A stretch of 64,000 nt of DNA from Gammaproteobacteria bacterium (GTDB taxonomy: Bacteria; Pseudomonadota; Gammaproteobacteria; Steroidobacterales; Rariloculaceae). The notes beneath the pieces are model-generated. The model saw nothing but the letters and a program-made list of their open reading frames with translations, was not told the DNA's origin and ran no database searches. Location of the stretch: positions 3,783,162-3,847,161 of the forward strand of contig OY761822.1 of NCBI GenBank assembly GCA_963664945.1. The letters run 5' to 3'. The first letter of the stretch is position 1. The number at the start of each line of letters is the position of its first letter. Positions 60,129 through 64,000 of the stretch are shown piece after piece. The position numbers and the translations under genes were made by a program.

Positions 60129-60833
60129 TCAGGCTTCGCCGGTCCCGCCAGGGTCATCGACATACACAAGCCCGGCACGCGCCAGCGGTTCCCGCATGCC
60201 GTAGATATCCAGTGACAACTCGCCGGACGCCAGGCGCCGGCGCTTGCCGACTTCGTTTTCTTCCCGCGCCCGCGCGGCCGCGTGGACGCGTTCGACATCC
60301 TCGCGCGGAACGACCACGACACCGTCATCGTCGGCAACAATGACATCGCCCGGATTGACTTGCTCTCCGGCGCATATGATCGGCACGTTAACGGAGCCGG
60401 GCGTCGCCTTGACGGTACCCTTGGCGGATACCGCACGGCTCCATACCGGAAACCGCATCTCTGACAGTGCCGCCACATCCCGGCAACCCGCATCGATCAC
60501 CAGTCCCTGAATGCCTTGCGCGCGGTAACTCGTTGCCAGCAGGTCGCCGAACATGCCGTCGGTGTTGACCGCGCTAAGCCCGACGACGACGATATCGCCT
60601 TGCTGTGCCAGTTCCGGCGCCACATGGAGCATCCAGTTGTCTCCGGGGTGCGCCAACACCGTGATGGCGCTGCCAGCGATGCGGGCTCCGGTGTAGACGG
60701 GCCGCATGTAGGGCTGCATCAGTCCGCTGCGGCCCTGTGCCTCATGCACCGTGGCGACGCCCATTTCGGCCAGTCCCTGAATCAGCGCGCGGTCCGCCCG
60801 CGCGATATTTCTCACAGCAACGTTCTTCAACAC
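60129..60833 (-). CDS. RraA-fold aldolase (4-hydroxy-4-methyl-2-oxoglutarate / 4-carboxy-4-hydroxy-2-oxoadipate aldolase-oxaloacetate decarboxylase family)
   Basis: [96 protein letters not shown]. Start is probably GTG 60833 or TTG 60830, after AGGAGA. Confidence 0.85.
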   Translation of the reverse strand: MLKNVAVRNIARADRALIQGLAEMGVATVHEAQGRSGLMQPYMRPVYTGARIAGSAITVLAHPGDNWMLHVAPELAQQGDIVVVGLSAVNTDGMFGDLLATSYRAQGIQGLVIDAGCRDVAALSEMRFPVWSRAVSAKGTVKATPGSVNVPIICAGEQVNPGDVIVADDDGVVVVPREDVERVHAAARAREENEVGKRRRLASGELSLDIYGMREPLARAGLVYVDDPGGTGEA

Positions 60834-61449
60834 CCTTCTCCTGGGAAATCCGCCAACGGGCCGGGGCGCCAAGCTTAATGGAAGGACACCGGACTGTCAT
60901 GGCGCAGCGGCGAGCCGCCCTGGTGGGCGACCGGGGCATGCTGACCGCGGCGCGGCTACGCGAATCAAATACTGCGATCAGTACTTGGCAACGCCTTGGG
61001 CGTTGCTATTATTGCGGTAAGTGTCGAGGGAAATGGTTATTTCCATGGAAGCCCGTGGCAAAAGTCTCCCGTCGCACCGAGACCGGCGCGGCGCCCGGCT
61101 GACAAGTCGCGGGGCCGTCTCCGATGGAAAGGGCCATTCCAGTTCGAATCCGGCAATGCGCCACACTTCCGGGAACTTCGGCTCGAATGGGGTCGCGGCC
61201 GTGTATGGACACTGAAGCTGGACCAGGGTTTTGGATACTGGAAACATCGCCCGTATGCGAATTTTCCGTTCGACAACAGTCCACGCGAGCAAGTACGGTC
61301 CATGAACGCGACCATCAAGAACGGCAAGGTGATCGCGCTCGGCAGCCACCCCACTTTTGTTTACGTTGCGCAGGAAATACATAGCGGGGAAAAGTCATGA
61401 ATTTCCCCATACACCCGATCGTGCCCGCGCGCATCCGGGGAGGTGCCGC

Positions 61450-62592
61450 ATGGCGATGACAGACAAGAACGCCCTACCCAACCCTTTCACGCCCGGCACT
61501 GGGGCCTATCCGCCGGTACTGGCCGGACGGGACGACGAACAATCCGCGCTGCTGGAGGGCCTCGCGAAAATCTCTCATCCCACACGAGGCGGACCCGCGA
61601 ACATACTGCTCCTGTGCGCCCCTCGCGGGATGGGCAAGACGGTACTGCTGAGTTGGTTAAGGCGGCAGGCGGTAGCCCGCGCTGTTCGCGTCATCGAAGC
61701 GGAGGCGGGGGATATCCCCGATCTGGCTGCGCTCGCGGGTGCACTGTGGCCCGAGAGCCGAGAGGAGCCCGCGCGATTGACCGGCGTCACGGCGGGCTTG
61801 CTCTCGGCCGAGTGGCAACCCGGTCAATCGGATCGCACGGCGAGTCACATAAGAACTCTCCTGCGGGAACACCTGCTCGATGCGACCGAGCGAAGCCCGT
61901 TTCTCCTCCATGTGGATGAAGCGCACACCCTCGCCCCGAAGGTTGCGAATGCTCTCTGCAATCTGGCGCAGTCGCTGATTAAATTCGACCGGCCGGCCTG
62001 GGTAACCTTGGCCGGCACACCGGGACTCATGACTCACTTGATGTCGACATCGGTTCAGGCGTCTTTCATCGAGAGGGCGGACGTACTGTCGCCGGATTGC
62101 CTTGGCCGCGAGGCGTCGATCAAAGCCCTTGACATTGCGGAGTGGCGCGATTGGGAGATCGACGCAAACGTCCTGGAGCAAGTGGCCGGCGACACGCAGG
62201 GGTTTCCCTTCTTCATTCAACGTTGGGGCCATGCGCTTTGGAACGCGGGGAAGGACACCCGCACCGTTTCCATCGAAACGATGGAAACGGCCCGAACGCA
62301 AGTCGATTTCGCGCGGCGCGGCTTCTACGCTCGCCGCTATCGGGAAATTCATGATCACGGGGACGCGCGCCTCGCGACCGCGGCGGCAGCGCTCGCGAAC
62401 GCCCTTTCCAAACGAACCAGCCTGTCGCTGGCGGAAGCCACATCGGCGATCAAGGAAGTCATTCCCGAACACGCTGAAGCGGTGCAGGCCAGAGAACACC
62501 TTGAATCCGTTGGCTTCATCCACATGCGCGCCGACGAATTCACCGGAGGTATCCCATCGCTGCTGCGCTACGTGGCCGACCAAGCGTCGTAA
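61450..62592 (+). CDS. orphan AAA+ ATPase (Arch_ATPase/AAA_16-like) with C-terminal winged-helix-like region
   Basis: ATG 61450 follows GGGGAGGTG. NPFTPGTGAYPPVLAGRDDEQSALLEGL, then Walker A LLLCAPRGMGKTVLLSW, then Walker B FLLHVDEAH, TLAGTP sensor-like, and a C-terminal helical part ...SLAEATSAIKEV...LESVGFIHM. Confidence 0.7.
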   Translation: MAMTDKNALPNPFTPGTGAYPPVLAGRDDEQSALLEGLAKISHPTRGGPANILLLCAPRGMGKTVLLSWLRRQAVARAVRVIEAEAGDIPDLAALAGALWPESREEPARLTGVTAGLLSAEWQPGQSDRTASHIRTLLREHLLDATERSPFLLHVDEAHTLAPKVANALCNLAQSLIKFDRPAWVTLAGTPGLMTHLMSTSVQASFIERADVLSPDCLGREASIKALDIAEWRDWEIDANVLEQVAGDTQGFPFFIQRWGHALWNAGKDTRTVSIETMETARTQVDFARRGFYARRYREIHDHGDARLATAAAALANALSKRTSLSLAEATSAIKEVIPEHAEAVQAREHLESVGFIHMRADEFTGGIPSLLRYVADQAS

Positions 62593-62677
62593 AGTCTCAC
62601 GGCGCCGGCGCATGGAGATGCGAAGTAGAGCTCGATGCCCTCTTGATCCTTACTTTCCCGGCAGCACGGAGAAACCG

Positions 62678-63862
62678 TTGAGCTCAAACGCGCCGCTTCG
62701 ACATCTGCGTGTCGTTGAAATGACCGAGGCCCTCGCGGGTCCCTACTGCAGCATGCTCCTCGGGGACATGGGCGCGGACGTCATCAAGATCGAACGTCCG
62801 GGACGGGGCGACCAGGCGCGCGGCTGGGGACCGCCCTTTGTCCAGGGGGAGAGCGCGTATTTTCTGTCGGTCAACCGAAACAAGCGCAGCCTGGAGTTGA
62901 ACATCAAGGAGCCGCAAGCCCACGGGCTGCTCCTTCGCCTGCTGAAGACGGCCGACGTATTCATCACCAACGTGCCCCGAATGACGTCGCTCAAGCGCGC
63001 CGGCATCGATCCCGAGTCGCTGCGCCGGCTGAATCCGCGCCTCGTCTACGCCGCCATCAGCGGATACGGCCATACCGGCCCGAAGGCGGGGCGAGGCGGC
63101 TACGACATCATCGCCCAGGGCGAGGCCGGGCTCATGGCCATCACCGGCGACGCCGCGTCCGCCCCCATCCGGTTTCCCACGCCCATGGCGGACATCACGG
63201 CTGGCCTTTACACCCTCATCGGCATTCTGACGGCTCTCTACGCCCGCGATGAACGGGTGAACGGGACCGGCCGCGGCCGATTCGTCGACGTTTCGCTCGT
63301 GGATTCGCAGACCACCTGGCTCGCAAATCTGGCGGGCAGCTTCTTCGCCACCGGCGAATGCCCGCAACCGCTGGGCAATATTCATCCGACCGTGACCCCC
63401 TACCAGCCCCTGCGGGCGCGTGACAAGATGTTGATTGTCGCCGTTGGAACGGAGAAACTCTGGGGGCAATTCTGTGAAGCGGTGGGCCTGGACCGTGCGA
63501 CCATGACGGACTCGAGATTCGCAACCAATGCCGACCGGAACCGCAACCGCGACGCCCTGATCCCCTTGATCGAGTCGAGGCTCGCAACCGCGGACGCCGC
63601 CGAATGGGTGGAGCGCCTGGTGGAAAGAGGTATTCCCGCCGGCCCCATCAATCTGCCGGACGCAACGCTCGGCGACGAGCAGATTCGTGCCAGGGGCATG
63701 ATCGTGGAACTGGATCATCCGCTGCTGGGGCTGGTGAAGTCTCTCGGCAATCCCGTCAATATGTCGGAAAGCGGCCCAAGCTACAGGCGGTATCCGCCTC
63801 GTCTGGGCGAACACAACGAGGAGATTCGCGCTGAACTGGAGGCGCGGGAGGAACCAGAATGA
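62678..63862 (+). CDS. family III CoA-transferase (CaiB/BaiF)
   Basis: TTG 62678 follows GGAGAA. PLRHLRVVEMTEALAGPYCSMLLGDMGADVIKIERPGRGD, YFLSVNRNKRS, ISGYGHTGP, GYDIIAQGEAGLMAITG. The upstream 192 aa of track ORF 62102.. overlap the ATPase gene and are spurious. Confidence 0.88.
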   Translation: MSSNAPLRHLRVVEMTEALAGPYCSMLLGDMGADVIKIERPGRGDQARGWGPPFVQGESAYFLSVNRNKRSLELNIKEPQAHGLLLRLLKTADVFITNVPRMTSLKRAGIDPESLRRLNPRLVYAAISGYGHTGPKAGRGGYDIIAQGEAGLMAITGDAASAPIRFPTPMADITAGLYTLIGILTALYARDERVNGTGRGRFVDVSLVDSQTTWLANLAGSFFATGECPQPLGNIHPTVTPYQPLRARDKMLIVAVGTEKLWGQFCEAVGLDRATMTDSRFATNADRNRNRDALIPLIESRLATADAAEWVERLVERGIPAGPINLPDATLGDEQIRARGMIVELDHPLLGLVKSLGNPVNMSESGPSYRRYPPRLGEHNEEIRAELEAREEPE

Positions 63863-64000
63863 ACCCGACTCCGGAATCGCGCCGCGGCTTTCTTCGATAC
63901 CTGGCCGCAAGTCCGTTACTGGGCACGACGCTGGGCGCGGCGCCGCGCGCGCTCGGCCAATTCGACTTCACCCTGACCGACACCCCGATTTCCTCGCCGG
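63859..64000 (+). CDS. Tat-signal protein, 5' fragment (runs off the right edge)
   Basis: The ATG overlaps the CoA-transferase stop (ATGA). MNPTPESRRGFLRYLAASPLLGTTLGAAPRALG is a twin-arginine signal. Not in the ORF track because no stop lies inside the window. Confidence 0.6.
   Translation, partial: MNPTPESRRGFLRYLAASPLLGTTLGAAPRALGQFDFTLTDTPISSP

Noticed and set aside
61120-61175. tRNA-like T-loop sequence (ccagTTCGAATCcggc ... gcgcca) in the spacer upstream of the ATPase
   Set aside because: The T-stem pairs only 3/5. There is no complementary 5' acceptor arm within 90 nt and no D or anticodon arms. At best it is a degraded fragment.
61302-61400. 32-codon ORF MNATIKNGKVIALGSHPTFVYVAQEIHSGEKS just upstream of the ATPase
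   Set aside because: It has locally high GC3 but no SD and no recognisable family, and it is embedded in overlapping alternative ORFs. It is kept only as part of the finding on the spacer.
62102-62677. N-terminal 192 aa of track ORF 62102..63862
   Set aside because: Out-of-frame overlap with the ATPase gene and an Arg/Ser/Pro-rich translation. CoA-transferase homology begins at PLRHLRVVEM, just after an SD+TTG at 62678.

Overview
High-GC (about 63-65% by eye) bacterial chromosomal window with about 55 credible genes.

Backbone: nutrient-scavenging and catabolic loci of a Gram-negative organism. A marine gammaproteobacterial-type origin is inferred from gene families only.
- Five TonB-dependent receptors: 8132-10855, 12828-15611, 46403-48880 and 57461-59875 are intact; 37929-39679 is frameshifted.
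- Exported hydrolases interleaved with them: DUF885-like lipoprotein, alpha/beta hydrolase, CocE/NonD, two amidohydrolase_2 proteins, M24 peptidase.
- An AprAB-like flavoprotein/ferredoxin pair next to TctABC.
- An E1alpha/E1beta/E2 2-oxoacid dehydrogenase operon, tartrate dehydrogenase, alanine racemase, plant-type FNR and others.

Accessory content:
- An ISAs1-family transposase cut by the left edge. It is absent from the ORF track.
- A decayed low-GC island at about 30.1-36.3 kb. It holds a multiply disrupted P4-type integrase, an MT-A70 methylase, a BamHI/BglII-fold endonuclease, an uncharacterised PD-(D/E)xK/zinc-finger gene, an IS4/IS5-superfamily IS with 16-bp inverted repeats, and a HigB-2/HTH toxin-antitoxin locus whose toxin is reduced to 24 codons.
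- Three dispersed PD-(D/E)xK genes (one Rpn/YhgA-like, two Uma2-like paralogues) that share a C-terminal module.
- An orphan AAA+/winged-helix ATPase behind a 0.58-kb ORF-poor leader.

Best candidates for undescribed biology:
1. The three-gene methylase/endonuclease/nuclease-zinc-finger cassette (31569-33682).
2. A translationally coupled cassette of a DUF6152-like protein flanked by two paralogous exported proteins, next to a TonB receptor and a Tat-exported amidohydrolase (53480-59875).
3. A structured leader with a 16-bp long-range stem and an intrinsic terminator just upstream of the 2-oxoacid dehydrogenase operon (45984-46200).
4. Tandemly duplicated CAAUC(A)GGGCCG motifs immediately 5' of two Shine-Dalgarno sites.

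No rRNA, tRNA or CRISPR array was found. Many long ORFs in the supplied track are antisense or out-of-frame shadows typical of high-GC DNA and were not called. All family names are from reading the translations, not from database searches.
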